This document shows, in pieces, positions 45,788-60,653 of a stretch of DNA of 64,000 nt. The stretch lies in the NCBI RefSeq assembly GCF_009914755.1, contig NC_060932.1, one strand, 5' to 3'. The notes under the pieces were generated by a model. The model saw only the letters and a list, made by a program, of their open reading frames with translations. It was not told the DNA's origin and ran no database searches. The position numbers were made by a program, and so were the translations under genes. Source of the DNA: the human T2T-CHM13v2.0 reference genome, Homo sapiens. The first letter of the stretch is position 1. Each line of letters starts with the position of its first letter.

Positions 45788-48682
45788 GTAAGTCTTGAGC
45801 ACATGTATCTCTAAATCGTCTTCTGTGCTGTTGTACTCAAAAAGTGTGTGTTTGTGGACAGAGAGAAAGACAGGCAGAGAGAGAGAATACGACTCAGAGC
45901 CATGCTTCTTAAAACAGGAAGAATCATTAAAATTAGCAACTCAGCACTAAACAGTGAGCAGAACCACAAGGTAAATGGTGGGTCCAGATTCTATCGCAGA
46001 AAAGAGTCATTTCCTGTGACTATTCATCGTACATCGTCTTGGACCAGAAAAGGAACCTTGAAGTCATCTCTAAGATCTTAGTGTCTTTCTTTTCCCACCA
46101 TACCCAACAATGCTCACAGGGTGACCTGAACAGAATGAAGTTTTCTGTGTGTCACACACAATTTTAAGCACTCGCTATGTATTAAGTATTGTCAACATCC
46201 CCTTTTTATTGTTGGAGGAACTGAGACAAAACTTAAATAACTCTGACCAAAGTTACCCACTTGGTAAGTGGTGGTGGCAGATTCCAGACTCTGCCCTCTT
46301 AGCCACCAGGAACACTGCCTTTCAATAAATGGTGCTTGGTGAAATAACCAAGCAATAAACCCATTGCATGAGGAATGCTTCTTTCATAGTCTCATGTTTC
46401 AGAGCCCTGAGCAGTTCAATGTGCAAAAGATGCCCAGCAATGTTGCTCACCCCTGGTTATTTTGGGGTTGCTCAAAGTCTCTGCTCTTCTTCCATCTTTA
46501 CTGATTTATTATTTTACTGGTCTTCCAATAACTTCAGAAGCAACTTGCATGTTTTTATAAAATAAGAGAACCTAAAATTTGTGTTTGGGGTTTTATTAGT
46601 CATTCTTATAAAAATGCTTGTCTGGAAAGGATTTTAATAAAACTTCATTTGGAAATTACTAGAGGATGCAATCGACCCATCTGGCCTCAGTTCCTACAGA
46701 CACATAAAATGTAAACAGTTCACTCTAACACTACTAAAGAGTCTATTTACAAGTTTTCAGCCTTGCTAGAATTAGAAGGAACTACTAATTCTAGTAGTCT
46801 AGGGAAAAGACTCTGGTCTTTACATACCTTCACTTTCAGTGGTTGCACTACATTACGATCTTGTCCTATTATGTAAAATCATAACTATTTTAATTGTGTT
46901 ATTTAAAACACGTTATAGATGCTATGATAATCCTCTATAAATCAATGTTTAGTGCATTATCTGATCAAAGACACAAATATTGAGCTTTTTCAAATATTCA
47001 GCTAACCAACATTTGACAAAGGGGCTGGTGCAGCTAATTCTTGCTGTCATAGTCTTCTTTGATTAAAACACAGAATATGCCCTTCAGCATTAAGCACTCT
47101 GAGGTTATTTCAGGACTGTGCCTGATCGAATAGTATTACATTATGGGTTAGCACGGATGAAGGAGAGGAGATCTCAGAGTCACAGAGTATGTGTGTTCTT
47201 CAGCCCTCACTCTGCTGTATCAGTGACCTTCCAGCAAGTCACTTAGCCTTCTTTGACCATAGCAACCTTGGCTATAAAACCAAGACAGTAATACCCACCC
47301 TCCTTCTAACTTTAATGGGTAGTTACACAGATCAAATAAAACAAAACACATAAAAAGTACTTCGCAAATTCTTCGGCATCACGTGGGGAAGATAGAGTTA
47401 AACCAAATCTACATTCTTTAATGTAGCTTAGCTTTTCAATGATAAACTGCTTTACATTTTACAGCTTCCAGTGTATTTTGTATGTAAGAACAATATTTAT
47501 GAGTTCATTTCAAAGCTTTCTAATTTCAGTTAGAGTCAGTGGGAAGCTTACACATTAAAATTTCTCAATAAATCATTTATTGTGCAAATATGAACTCTTA
47601 TTTAAAAAATTTTTAAAAGAGGGAGGCTTTAATTGGTAAGGACTGCCTAACTGTGCACTTTGAGTTGCTTCTATGAATACGCTTTTCATATGGCAGACAG
47701 TTGATCATGTATTACAAAGGTTTTTGTTCTGACCACTAATATGTCAGATCTGCAGGTATCTCTCCCCAAAGTCTTATGAAACTACTTCCAACATGAAAAT
47801 TCTCTCTGGGTTAACTCATTGGGTAGCTAGGTTACAAGATATATGTTTTTAATCTCTCTTTTGGGCTAAACATTTGGCTAATAATTGTCAGGGAGGTTTT
47901 GACATTAGAAATTTATGACTCAAATAAAACTCTTCTGCAGAAGTTCAGGTACTGAGATATAAGCACTGTAAAATGAACACTTCTGGAAGACGGCCGATTT
48001 TAAAAACATAAAAATTGTCACCCTGGGTCAGAGTAGAAGTCCAGTTCCCACCAGACTTTATGTCTGACAGTGGCATCAAAACATATTCTGTACAACAGAA
48101 TCGTTTCCCTGTGTGATGGTTCACTCAAGGGTTAGGGATATTGTCTGAATGTTTGAAACTTACCCTTGAGAAGCTATCATTGGGTTTTGCCTAAATTTTT
48201 CTTGAACACACATCCCTGACACCCCAGACTACACAGGTTCTTCGGGAAAATGAGTTCTATTTGCTTGTTATCCTCTGGGCAAAGACATTCCATTTCCCTT
48301 TATTTAAAGTGAAATTATCTCCTTCTAGCATAAAGAAGTGCCCTTTTGTTACAGTATTCTGGGATTTTGTGAGCAAGTCCGAATTCCACCTGACTATATC
48401 CTACATGACTCCCTTCATCCTCCAACTTTCAAATCCTAATCTTTTTGCTCTTTATCCAAATCTGCACTATCCTATTAATCATTTCTGTTGCCCTGATCAA
48501 CCTATTTTGGTCAATGCGTAGAGAGAGAGCTGGGTCATACATAAGCATTTTCCTTCATTTCAGTAAGCCTTCCAACTCACAAAATTCCAGGTAAACCAAC
48601 CATCAGTGAAACCTCAGTTGCAGCCTTTACATCAGGTACAAATTATATTACCTATGAGCAATAACCTATTTGGTATCTGTGA

Positions 48683-49175
<493 letters not shown>

Positions 49176-50146
49176 TAACTGTTGCTCATTATTTTAATAA
49201 TTTTAAAGATTTATTATTTTTCTGGAATGCAACGAGACAGGTTAAAAGAAACAACCAATTACTTCTCATGACAAAAAGAAAGTATGTTCTATCATTTATG
49301 GAGGTAATGCCTGGGGAAGGCAGTAAAAATAAAATATTTGAACCCTGGAACATTCACAGTATAAGGCTTAGCACCCACGTATATTTTAATATGTGATAAC
49401 TTTATCAAAAGTCAAAAGTCAAATTAATGAAGGGTAGGAAAATAGGAACAGGTGGTTAGAGGATTCATATCTGTAGCTTCTGTCTGGTGTCATAAACCAA
49501 GTCATAAACCATACTAAATTTCAAGGCAAGGTCCCAATATTTCCTGGAAAATAACCAATTGTAAGTATTCAAAATGTTTCATAAATGGGCAAAATAGTTT
49601 CATCACTTAGGATGAAATAGAATAAAGTTTACTTTTGTATTATCAGGAAAAAGGAAGTTTGCTGGGAATAAGGTAAACAAGGAGAAATTATTCACTTAAG
49701 ACAGATTAAGCTATTTTCAATCACTTCAAATACAATAACATTACTAGGATATAAACAATGGGTTAATTATAAATAACTCAGGAATTGTTATTAAGAAAGA
49801 CCATTCCTGACTATTGGCAATTAGCATGGTGTTAGCACATCTAAAACAATGGGTAATAGCAAATACTTCTTCCTGGCTTTGGCTAAGAAGAAAGCTGTCA
49901 GCAGAAGGGGAGCTTTAAAATAGGAATGGCTTCACTCTCTGAGCCATTTTAAGTGCAAGAAGTGGACCAATAGAAATATAAACTGACAGCCTTCCTAGCA
50001 GGCTCTCAGGCTACTAGGAAAATGTAGTCATCATAAACTAAACCCTCAGCCTTCAAAAATAAATGAGGACCACGTCCAGATGCAGAGCTGTACGTAGAAA
50101 TTAATCTTTCTGTCCTTGCTCCAAACTCTATGTTTTCTTTTTTTAG

Positions 50147-50237
50147 ACACAAAGATTAACACTAAAGAGGTAGATGAAGAAACTAAAAAGGGAAAAAGCA
50201 ATAGTAAATTTGAAAGAAATAGCAGCTGCAACAGCAG
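50147..50237 (+). other. Candidate non-coding or cryptic exon (91 nt)
   Basis: tgttttctttttttag acceptor, purine-rich body, CAG|GTAATA donor. Confidence 0.3.
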
Positions 50238-50869
50238 GTAATACATATCCCCAGCAGCTTATTAGAAGCAAGACTTGAGCACAGATACAGAGCCGCTCAT
50301 TAACGATAATGCCAGTTCCAGAATTAGCAATGCCATTTCTTCCTTTCTTCCTGCATATTTGTTCACCCTCACATTGTGGCTCCACACTGCATGTGAAGTT
50401 CCTACCTTGTGCCACATGCTGGGAATACAAAGATGTGGGACCCTAATCTTGCCTTCAGAGGACTGTAAGTCTAGAGTGGACATTGCTCACTTTCTCCTTC
50501 CCCCTATCTCCCATCCACCACTTATTATCTCCTGGATGCCCCATTAAGCCATGAAAATGTGGGAGAAATCTTAGAAGAAAAACAGGGACTACTTATGTTT
50601 CAAAAAATAAACCACGGTAGAAACAAAAGAGATCAAGGAAGGTGAGAAAATGTAAACCCTGTAAGCTAATACCCTTAATAACTGCCAAGATTTTCCTTGA
50701 CGGTGCCTATGATCAGCCTTTCTAGAATAACTGACTTCTTAGAAAATGGTTAGAAACAACAAAAAGAAAATACCTAAGGTCTACAGAGAAAACATGTGTT
50801 TGGATACTAAAACACAACTGTTTTCCAAAAGGTAGCATTTCCTCCCTACCCAAAGGAAGTTTCTACATC

Positions 50870-51320
50870 ATACATTCATTCATCCAGCCAGCCAGCCATT
50901 TGTTTTTCATTCATTCAACTATGATCTACGGAGATCCTATTATATTCCAGGTAATGCACAGACTCTAGGGATAAAACAGCTTTAAAAAAAAGAAAAAAAA
51001 AAACAGCTTCATTTCTGTCTTCTTGGAACTTGCAGTTCAGTAGAGGCAGAAAGATGCTATTTAAATAATCACACAAATATGGAACTTACAAACTGTGCTA
51101 AATGCCCTAAATGAACAGTCAAGAAACTACAGAATGTAACAGAGTGACAGCTAATATAAGAAACAAGGGAAGGCTTGTTTGAGGAATTAACAGAAGAACA
51201 GGAAGTGGGCCTAGAGGTCTGAGAAAGAGGAGAAAAGTGCTGGATGAGGCTGGAGAGTTGGAGGGAAATCAGATCACAGGAGGCATGATCCTTGTAGAGC
51301 ATGATAAAATGGTCATCTTT
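50870..51320 (-). mobile_element. L2 fragment
   Basis: cattcattcattc...ttcattcattcaac...ggaacttgcagttcagtagaggcag. Confidence 0.7.
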
Positions 51321-53420
51321 CATCCAACTAGCAGCAGTGAGATATTAAATATTGATGTGTTTTAAACACTAGAGTGAAAGTTCAGAATTATGATTTCAAA
51401 CTATATCTTGATATTCGCATGTCTGTGTTTATATGTGTGTTTCTATGTACGTGTATGTATGAATCCTTATCTATGCATGAAGTATATCTAGAAAGAGACA
51501 AAAGGCACTGCAGATAGTGGTTGCTTCTGAGGAAAGAAACTGAGAAAGGACAAGCTAGGAGAAGCAGGAATTCCCTGTCACTGTACTGGGGGTCAGAGTG
51601 GGAAGGGACAGGAGTCATTTGCTATAAGAAGTTTTCTCTGACCTAGAAAGAGACACAGGACTAAGGTAGGTAAAGAAACAAAAACAAAACTCTACAGATG
51701 AAGGAACCAGATCCACTCCTGGCTCACCGCTGTGGGCTTCACCATGAGGAGGAGAACTCCAAAGTACAGGAGCAGACTTCTAAGTTTTGACCTCAGCCAA
51801 AGACCTGGAGAGCCAACATTCCAGCCAAAGAATGTTGGCTCATGGAATAAAAACAAAAACAAAACAAACCGCACTAGGTCAAGATAACAAAATGAGAGAA
51901 GAGCTTGCTATTATTATCTATTCATGCCCCACCGGATATACCTTGAAAGACAGCTGAAGGGAAAGCTTAGAAACTTTCTCCAAAGGGCTACTTTCGAAAG
52001 CTTTTATCATCTGGACTAAAAAAGGCCCAAACAAGCAAAAGAAAAGCCCCAGTAAATGCAGGCACAAGACTGTAAAAGGAGAGTGAGGAGACTGACTTGC
52101 CAGGCCAGCAAGTAGCTGAGAGGCTAAATGATGGGGCTGTGAACCTCCGGCAAAGCGGTTTTAGGCACAGGAGAAAAAAATGTGATGAAGGAGTCTTGTT
52201 TCCTTTTTTTCTCTTCCATAATTTTTTTTTTCAAAAATACCACTTCAATCAAAGTTTTGACAATTATGAAACATGTCAGCTGATAGTGAGAATTCATCAA
52301 ATGTGCCATAAATGACAAGAAATGAGAACCCGAATCCTGAAATTGGATGGGCTTCAAAAGTTTCTGACAATCACTGCCATAAATCATCCAGGCATATCAA
52401 TCTCTGGCTGGAGGAGGGTTTGCAAGAGGTAAAAATGCAGACAAAGGCTCACGCAGAAAAGGACTGCCACACTCTGGATGGGAAAAGAGTGTACTCTATT
52501 GTGAGGGCTGTTTCTTCAGTTACAGAGGTTGGCGACCAGTTACCCAGCGGTCACCATAATGAAAACACACAGATGTTTCCACCTGTACAGCAAGAGACAC
52601 AAGACGCAATGGCAAGACCTACAATCTTCTTAGGAACCACACGGCACCTACTGAGCCAGTCATCTAGCTCACAAATAATGACATCACTCCTCTGTCCACA
52701 ATGTAAGGGCTGGCTAAGGTGAGGGCTAATGGGGAAAACAGCACACATTTATTTCATTAGATTCCCAAGATGAAAGGCTCAGGTTATTATTTTTTATTTA
52801 TGCAAAGTTTGTGGCATGCTGTTGCTTGATAAAAAGGTAACAATCTCTGGGCTCTTTTTCCTTTCAATTTCTCTACTTCTTTTATCTTTTAATGCAATTA
52901 AACATAATGAACCTGCCTCTTGGTTATAGGTCAATATAAACTGTGAAATTCCTAAAAGGGCAACACAAACTTTTGAGATTTCGCCCTGAGATAGCAATCA
53001 ATATATTCATCATCAACATCTGGGGTATGACCTACGCTAAGCCTCTGGAGAAAAAAAAAATCTCTTGAAGAGTAGTACTAAGTTGATTTTCATTTGGTTC
53101 CCAGTTCTGTCACAAATGCTGCTATAGTCAAATCAAGCCACTTGATGGTTTTTTGGTTCTTTTATCTTTGGGGGGAGGGAACAGCATTAGCTACTACAAA
53201 CAACCATCAGTCACTGATTCACCGGACTGCCTGGGCCATGTCCAGCTCCTTCAACAATCCATTAGCCACACATTCTGGACAGTGCCTTTTCCAAGCAAAG
53301 ATGGTCCATAAGATGGTCCATTTGGAAACACAAAACAGAGTCTTCTCAGGCATCAGATTGTCCAAGGTAATGACCCCATGCACAGCTATAGGAATCTGAG
53401 TTACCAAAAATGGTACTTCC

Positions 53421-53546
53421 AGCTGGGCTCAGTGGCATGTGCCTGTAGTCTCAGTTACTTTGGAGCCTGAGGCAGGAGGATTGCCTGAGCCTAGGAGTTT
53501 GAGCCCAGCCTGGGCAACACAGTGAGACCCCATCCCCAAAAAGAAA
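53421..53546 (+). mobile_element. FLAM / Alu monomer
   Basis: Single arm with a short A tail. Confidence 0.9.
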
Positions 53547-53769
53547 GGTAGTTCTAGCCCCAGAAAATGGGTCATAAACTGACTTTCTGTGATAATTTAC
53601 TTTTTAGAGAAATTGCAAGCACTACTCAGGGTTAGTGTTTTGAAAGAAACTCAAGTACACAGAATAGTTTTACAATGATATATCTATTTGTATCATCAGA
53701 AAATTAAGAAAGGACAAACAGACTTCCAGGTTCCTGTTTATAGAGGGGTTTTCGAGTTTCCAAATCAGT

Positions 53770-53775
<6 letters not shown>

Positions 53776-53819
<44 letters not shown>
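53776..53819 (+). repeat. (CA)22
   Basis: Counted directly. Confidence 0.97.
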
Positions 53820-53822
<3 letters not shown>

Positions 53823-55112
53823 GCATTTAATGCTATCAACAGCTTTACAAGAATAACTACATTCTACAAGGGTGGAAGAAACTGAGGCTCAATGAATTTA
53901 ACAGATCTGGCTCAAGGGCATTCCCCTAAATGGCAGAGCCAGACTCTAGCTCAAGTCTTTGGACTATCTTCACACCTCCCTCTCTCTACAAGTGCTTGCT
54001 CTCAGTATCAGCTTACATAAAATGTGGGTCCAAAGAGCAAGCAGATTACTTTTTGACCACACAAGCTTGTGCTAAGCTGCAACTTTCTTGCACACCCTCT
54101 TAGCAATTGTCTAGAGAAACCATCTGCCCCAGCATCAGTCACTTCCCATGCCCCCATATCGACACATTATCAATCTCCAATTACTCTTACGTAGTCCAGA
54201 AAAAAATCTTCCAGTGCATTATGAGCACTAGAATTCCCACCAACGTAAATGACGCTAAACAACTGGCAAAATGGCAAAGGCTAAATTTGCAGCCGCTCCC
54301 CAGTTCCCTTCCTGGTTGCCTTGGGAATTATTACCTTTTATTAGTGCAATCTCAGAGTTTACAGTTATCAACAATATGCAATTATCAACACATATTAGTC
54401 ATGCTGCTTGATGCTTGACCTTACTTTCCCATTAATAGAAGTACTGCAGTTACTAAATGAATTACAGTGGGAATTAATGGTTGCCAAAATGAGTTTTCAC
54501 CTACAAGTAAAAGTTTTACAACTAATTATGCAGCTGTAATGGGAGAATAGGAGGCAGAGTTGTGGTCCCAGCCCCTAAAGGCCCTTGTGTTGAGGATAAC
54601 AACTAAAGCAATGAAAACCTACAACACGGGACAGATGGCGAAAGTGCCCATGCCTGGACGTCTGCGGCAGCCGCTCTCTTCCCAGAGCTCCCAACACTCC
54701 ACTGGTGGCCAAGGGCCATGTTGGGGAAAGGGCAAGGACGCATCTGGCCTCTAGGAAAAATAAATTCTTTCCAAAACATATTTCCAGGTTAATTGGAAAA
54801 ACACCAGATACCTCTAGAAAATTGATGCATAAAAGAATTCTTGATAGAAATTCCAACATGTTCCATTCACCAGATGCTGTGTTTTTTATAGAATATAAGA
54901 ATCTTCCTGTTTTATTTAGGTGGGTGTCTGATAGCCTGGTAGTTTCTAATTTTTCCAAATGAAATAAGATATACATATATAGATATACATATGACACTAG
55001 TGTATATAAATTATATACATATGACTAACATATATATTATATTTATATATGAGTAGTTGACAAATGAGTCAATTATAAAAAGGAAAAAATAAAATAAAAA
55101 AAAAGTAAGCCA

Positions 55113-55405
<293 letters not shown>

Positions 55406-55617
55406 ATTAGCCATAAAGCAATGAATAATACTGTAAGATATATTCACCATAAATATATATCAATATACATTAAAATCAAAATATATGATTGTCTAGTTAG
55501 GCAGTATGTTCTAGGCAATATACAAAGGACTACATGTACCTAGATTAGGAGTTTAAAATAAGACAGTTGTACAGAGATACATTTGTAGATTCAACATTGA
55601 TGAATATAAAAAATAAT

Positions 55618-55910
55618 GTGCCAGGCTCATGCTTGTAATCCCAGCACTTTGGGAGGCCGTGGCGGGAGGATCGCTTGAAGCCAGGAGTTCAAGACCAGCA
55701 TGTGCAACATAGTAAGACCCAGTCTCTACAAAAAATAAAAATAGCCAGACATAGCGGTGTGCACCTGTAGTCCTAGCTAATTGGGAGGCTGAGGTGGGAG
55801 AATCACTTGAGCCCAGGAGTTCAAGGCTGCAATGAGGCACCATGCTACCGCACTCCAGCCTGGGTGACAGTGAGACCTCATCTCTTTATTAAATAAATTA
55901 ATAAATAAAA
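55618..55910 (+). mobile_element. Alu (AluJ-like)
   Basis: ttgagcccaggagttcaaggctgcaatgag. Confidence 0.93.
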
Positions 55911-56941
55911 AGTTACAAGTAATCCTCTTTTAAGGGCCATGGCATGCACAGATAATAAGTTATCTGAAATGTGAGGTCAGGTAGATCTGAGACTAAATTA
56001 TAGCCCCCTTTGAGCTATGAGACCACCACAAAGTAACTAACTTCTCCAAGAGTCAATTTCCCCATCTCACAGGTCAGGGTCTTATAGTGCTAAAGTTCTG
56101 TGTTGTACTATGTGGCACAAAGTAAACACTTAACAAATCTTAGTGACTATTCATCTGCAGATGAACTTGATCTGAATGTGATAGGCCAATAATGTCAAAG
56201 TCTTGCCACCCATCCACTTTGCTCGTTTTACTTACTACTGACAAATGCCACTTTGTACTAGCTTCAGCTGCAAACTACAGCTCTCAGAGTGAGGGCATCC
56301 TACTTGCACATTCCTTATTGATTTTGAGCACAAATATTTTCCCACAAGTATTTGCTTTCCTCAAGGTTAAATTACAAGTTCAACCAAACTCTTGCAACAC
56401 ATTATTTGAACTTCACTAAACAGTTTTATGCCCCATACAATGTGGGTGGCCTAAATTCTGCACACTGCCAAAACTTGAGAATGATATTTATCCAGAAAAT
56501 TCCCAGGGATATCTCTCATGAAGGTTGCAAAAGTATTTAGCTCTCACTCTGATAATGATTAGATTTAAAACCGTGCTTTTCTCTCTGAGGCTCTACAAAC
56601 ATCTCCCTCTTTCCACCACCCTCAAATAAAATAACCACAGAGTGGTTGAGAGAGGTGATTTTGTGAGAAGGGATTACTTCTAAACTATGTTTTCCCATAC
56701 TTAGAAAAAAAAAAAAAGGCTAAGGATATAAAAGCCAGCCTGGGCAGGGCTGACACAAGAGGCTGAGAGAAGAGCAATGGGAAAAGAAACACTGAAGTGA
56801 CAAATAAATAACAGTATTCTGAAAAGAAAAGTGCGTACACCATATAAATAGTAATTAAACCTCCTAGGAGCATGTATGCTTTTATCAGGAATAAACTCAT
56901 CTAGATACCAGGTCTACAGTTTAGAAAGAGAAATTAGAGGG

Positions 56942-57245
56942 TTTTTTTTGTTTGTTTGTTTTTTAAATGGAGTTTCACTCTGTTGCCCAGGCTGGAGTCC
57001 AGTGGCACAATCTCAGCTCACTGCAACCACCACCTCCTGGGTTCAAGTGATTCTCCTGGCTTAGCCTCCCGAATAGCTGGGATTACAGGGATGTGCCACC
57101 ACGCCCAGCTAATTTTTTTGTACTTAGTAGAGATGGGGTTTCACCATGTTGGTCAGGCTGGTCTCGAACTACTGACCTCAAATGATCTACCCGCCTCAGC
57201 CTCCCAAAGTGCTGGGATTACAGGCATGAACCACCGTGCCTGGCC
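56942..57245 (-). mobile_element. Alu (AluS-like)
   Basis: Antisense dimer; flanking ttagagg repeat. Confidence 0.96.
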
Positions 57246-57703
57246 AGTTAGAGGCTTCTTGAGGTCTTGGCTTCTGTTTCTAGAAAATGTAATTCCTCTT
57301 TCCTGCTTTTCCCCTTCCAAAGGAAAGAGGAGGAGGAGTGAAAACACTGAAGAAGAAACAAAAAGGGATACTTGGTTCACTTTCACTCTTACGTTTCTAA
57401 AGGTCCTTTTAAGGTGATCAAATTCTTCCCTTCCCCCTTCTGAAACATGCATCTAAGAAGGAGCATACAAATTCTTGAAGGCATGAGTATCAATGATGAA
57501 GCAGGTCCCATGTGTACCCTAGTTGAGAGCCTGGGAGTGGATGGGCTAGAAACAGCCTGTCCAGTCTAAACAAAGTACAGATGGGGTGTGGGGGGAACAG
57601 CTGCTCCTCGGCTCCAGCTAAGTGCCATTGAGTAAGAATCTGGGCCGGAGTTGCTGCAATTTCTGATTTTCCATTCAATAAAATATACAAATCCTAATAT
57701 TTT

Positions 57704-58002
<299 letters not shown>

Positions 58003-58547
58003 TCAAATATTTTTTTCAAGGGAAAAATCTTACTTAAAGTCAGTGACTAATTTAAAGTTAAAAGGCTTTTGAGCCAATAAAACCCTCTGTGAGCAGCCAG
58101 GCTTTGACTTTTGAACTATAGTGTCTCCTTCCCCTTGAAGACACACATCTCTGTCCTATCCCCGAGAAGTAAACAAGGGCTTATTTTTCATCTCCCTCCA
58201 TACCTGCCCCTTAAAGAGATAGTAAGGGTCCATTCAACCTGAGATTAAATTTCAACCTGACCTTTAACGCCTCCTTATGACTCAGTGGTGTACTGAAGAT
58301 AACTGTTAAATTTTCAGGAATTTTACAAGCCAATGTCAGATTGACAGCTTTTAATTGGCTACGATGAGACTGTTTATATCACAGAAACTGGCAACACTGC
58401 AAATCAAGGCTGCTCCTCAACCCTAAAGCCAATTGTCAAGCATTTACCAGCAAACCACTGATTATATAATGTGCTATCTGAAGTGCCACACCCTTGCAGT
58501 GACTGGCTGAGCAATTGGGTTGAGAATAAAATAAAAATGCCAAGTCG

Positions 58548-58628
58548 TTAAGGTTGGTGCAAAAGTCATCGCGGTTTTGGCCACTGAGTAATGGCCAAAA
58601 CCGCGATGACTTTTGCACCAACCTAATA
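58548..58628. mobile_element. MADE1 (Hsmar1-derived mariner MITE)
   Basis: About 80 bp; AGGTTGGTGCAAAAGT...ACTTTTGCACCAACCT termini; perfect 33-bp inverted arms with an 8-nt spacer. Confidence 0.96.
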
Positions 58629-58670
58629 AATGCAATACTTGTATTAAATTAACTTGGGTTTCTTTTAATG

Positions 58671-58853
58671 CAGTGACCCTCAATCTGTAGTCCCCGGAGC
58701 AGAAACAGCAGGAGCAACTCCCGGGAACTTGTTAGAAATGCAAATTATCAGGTCCCCTCCTAGACGTGGTGAATCAGAAATTTTAGAGTGAGGTCCAGCA
58801 ATCTGTGCTCCACAGAGTCCCCCAGGGGATTCCGAGGCATTTGAGAACCACTG
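58671..58853. mobile_element. MER5A
   Basis: gggaacttgttagaaatgcaaatt.tcagg.ccc...tgaatcagaaa...ccagcaatctgtg...tttgagaaccactg. Confidence 0.9.
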
Positions 58854-58972
58854 TTTTAGAACAATAAAGATTTTTTTCAGGGTCTGTGCTAATTTTCATG
58901 ACTCTCTAATATAATCTAGTGTCTTTAAAATACCATCAAAGCTTCACAGTGTCTTTCACAGAGGGTAACAAC

Positions 58973-59273
58973 TTTTTTTTTTTTTTTTTTTGAGACAGAG
59001 TTTCGCTCTCGTTGCCCAGGCTGGAGTGCAATGGCAGGATCTCGGCTGACTGCAGCCTCCGCCTCCCAGGTTCAGGCAATTCATCTGCCTCAGCCTCCTG
59101 AGTAGCTGGGATTACAGACATGTGCCACCACGCCCAGCTAATTTTGTATTTTTAGTAGGGACGAGGTTTCTCCACATTGGTCAGGCTGGTCTCGAACTCC
59201 CGACCTCAGGTGATCTGCCCGCCTCAGCCTCCCAAAATGCTGGGATTACAGACGTGAGCCACTGCGCCTGGCC
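58973..59273 (-). mobile_element. Alu (AluSp/Sq-like)
   Basis: Antisense dimer. Confidence 0.96.
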
Positions 59274-59922
59274 AACAATTTAAGTTTTAAGCTAAACTGA
59301 AATTTTTATCCCCAGGTATATAATTTTATAGATAACCAAGAATCAGGAATAAAATTTTCTCCCAGGTGAAAATTCTAGGTACATTCTTTTCACTTCAACC
59401 TCTTATGAAATGTACCACTTAAAAAAATGCAGCACAATTTCAGTTTACAGTGTATGACAACAAAGACTAGGAAAGGGGTTGCTGCCTATCTGGCTGTCAA
59501 GGGCTCTTCCACGGGTCAAGTAACTTCAGGTATTTATGCCCATTGCAATGCGCCAAATATGTGCCCACTCCCTGTTCTCTTATACTAGGCCAGTCTACAT
59601 ATTTGTAAAGCCTGTATGGCTGTTGTCACATTTGATGTTGAGACCCCTGCTTTCAGAAGGACTGTCCTAATCCTTTTGTTGTTTGTGAGTTAAGTACTGT
59701 ATTTCTTTCCTGTTGTCCAACATGCAGAAGTCTTTTGTAACATAAATGTTAAAACGGTGTTGGTAATAATACCACACAATCTGTACCAAGGCTCAGGTCT
59801 CTGTGTCCAGAACATTACTAAAATGTACATACTGTGTTCAGATTTAAGCCAGACTCTTAACTTACTTAAGATTTAAGTCAGACTTAAGTCAGACTTCTAG
59901 GACTCTAAGTAACTATTCCTAA

Positions 59923-60242
<320 letters not shown>

Positions 60243-60609
60243 AACAGTTTCTCATTTATTGAATGAAAAGTTTGGATATGATTATCTTCTAAGTCAACTC
60301 CAGTTTCTATCATTCTACATATCATGGATGTATTAGCAAAATCTGTTTGCAAAGTACAGGTAGTGGCTGCATTAACCATCACTATATAATTTTAATAACA
60401 AACTGTTAGAAAAGAGATGGTGAGAAGCTAAGGATTAATTTGGAATAGAAGGCAAACTAAGAATAAAAATAATACAAATAATAAGGCAGAAGCAGAGGAA
60501 AATTTAATCCAGGTAAGACTTATTAAACATCCATTATAAGCAAGACTCAGATTATTCAGATGGTAGCATATTGTATCCACAATGTATTGGGTTCCTCTTC
60601 TAAACAGTA

Positions 60610-60653
60610 CATTTTTAAAGAGATGATTCTTCATTTTTAAAGAGGTGATTCTC
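60610..60653. repeat. 22-bp tandem duplication with 2 mismatches
   Basis: catttttaaagagatgattctt / catttttaaagaggtgattctc. Confidence 0.88.

Noticed and set aside
52312-52722. 136-aa plus-strand ORF, among the longest non-Alu ORFs
   Set aside because: No recognisable motif and no processed-pseudogene hallmarks (poly(A), TSD); the length is within chance for 64 kb.
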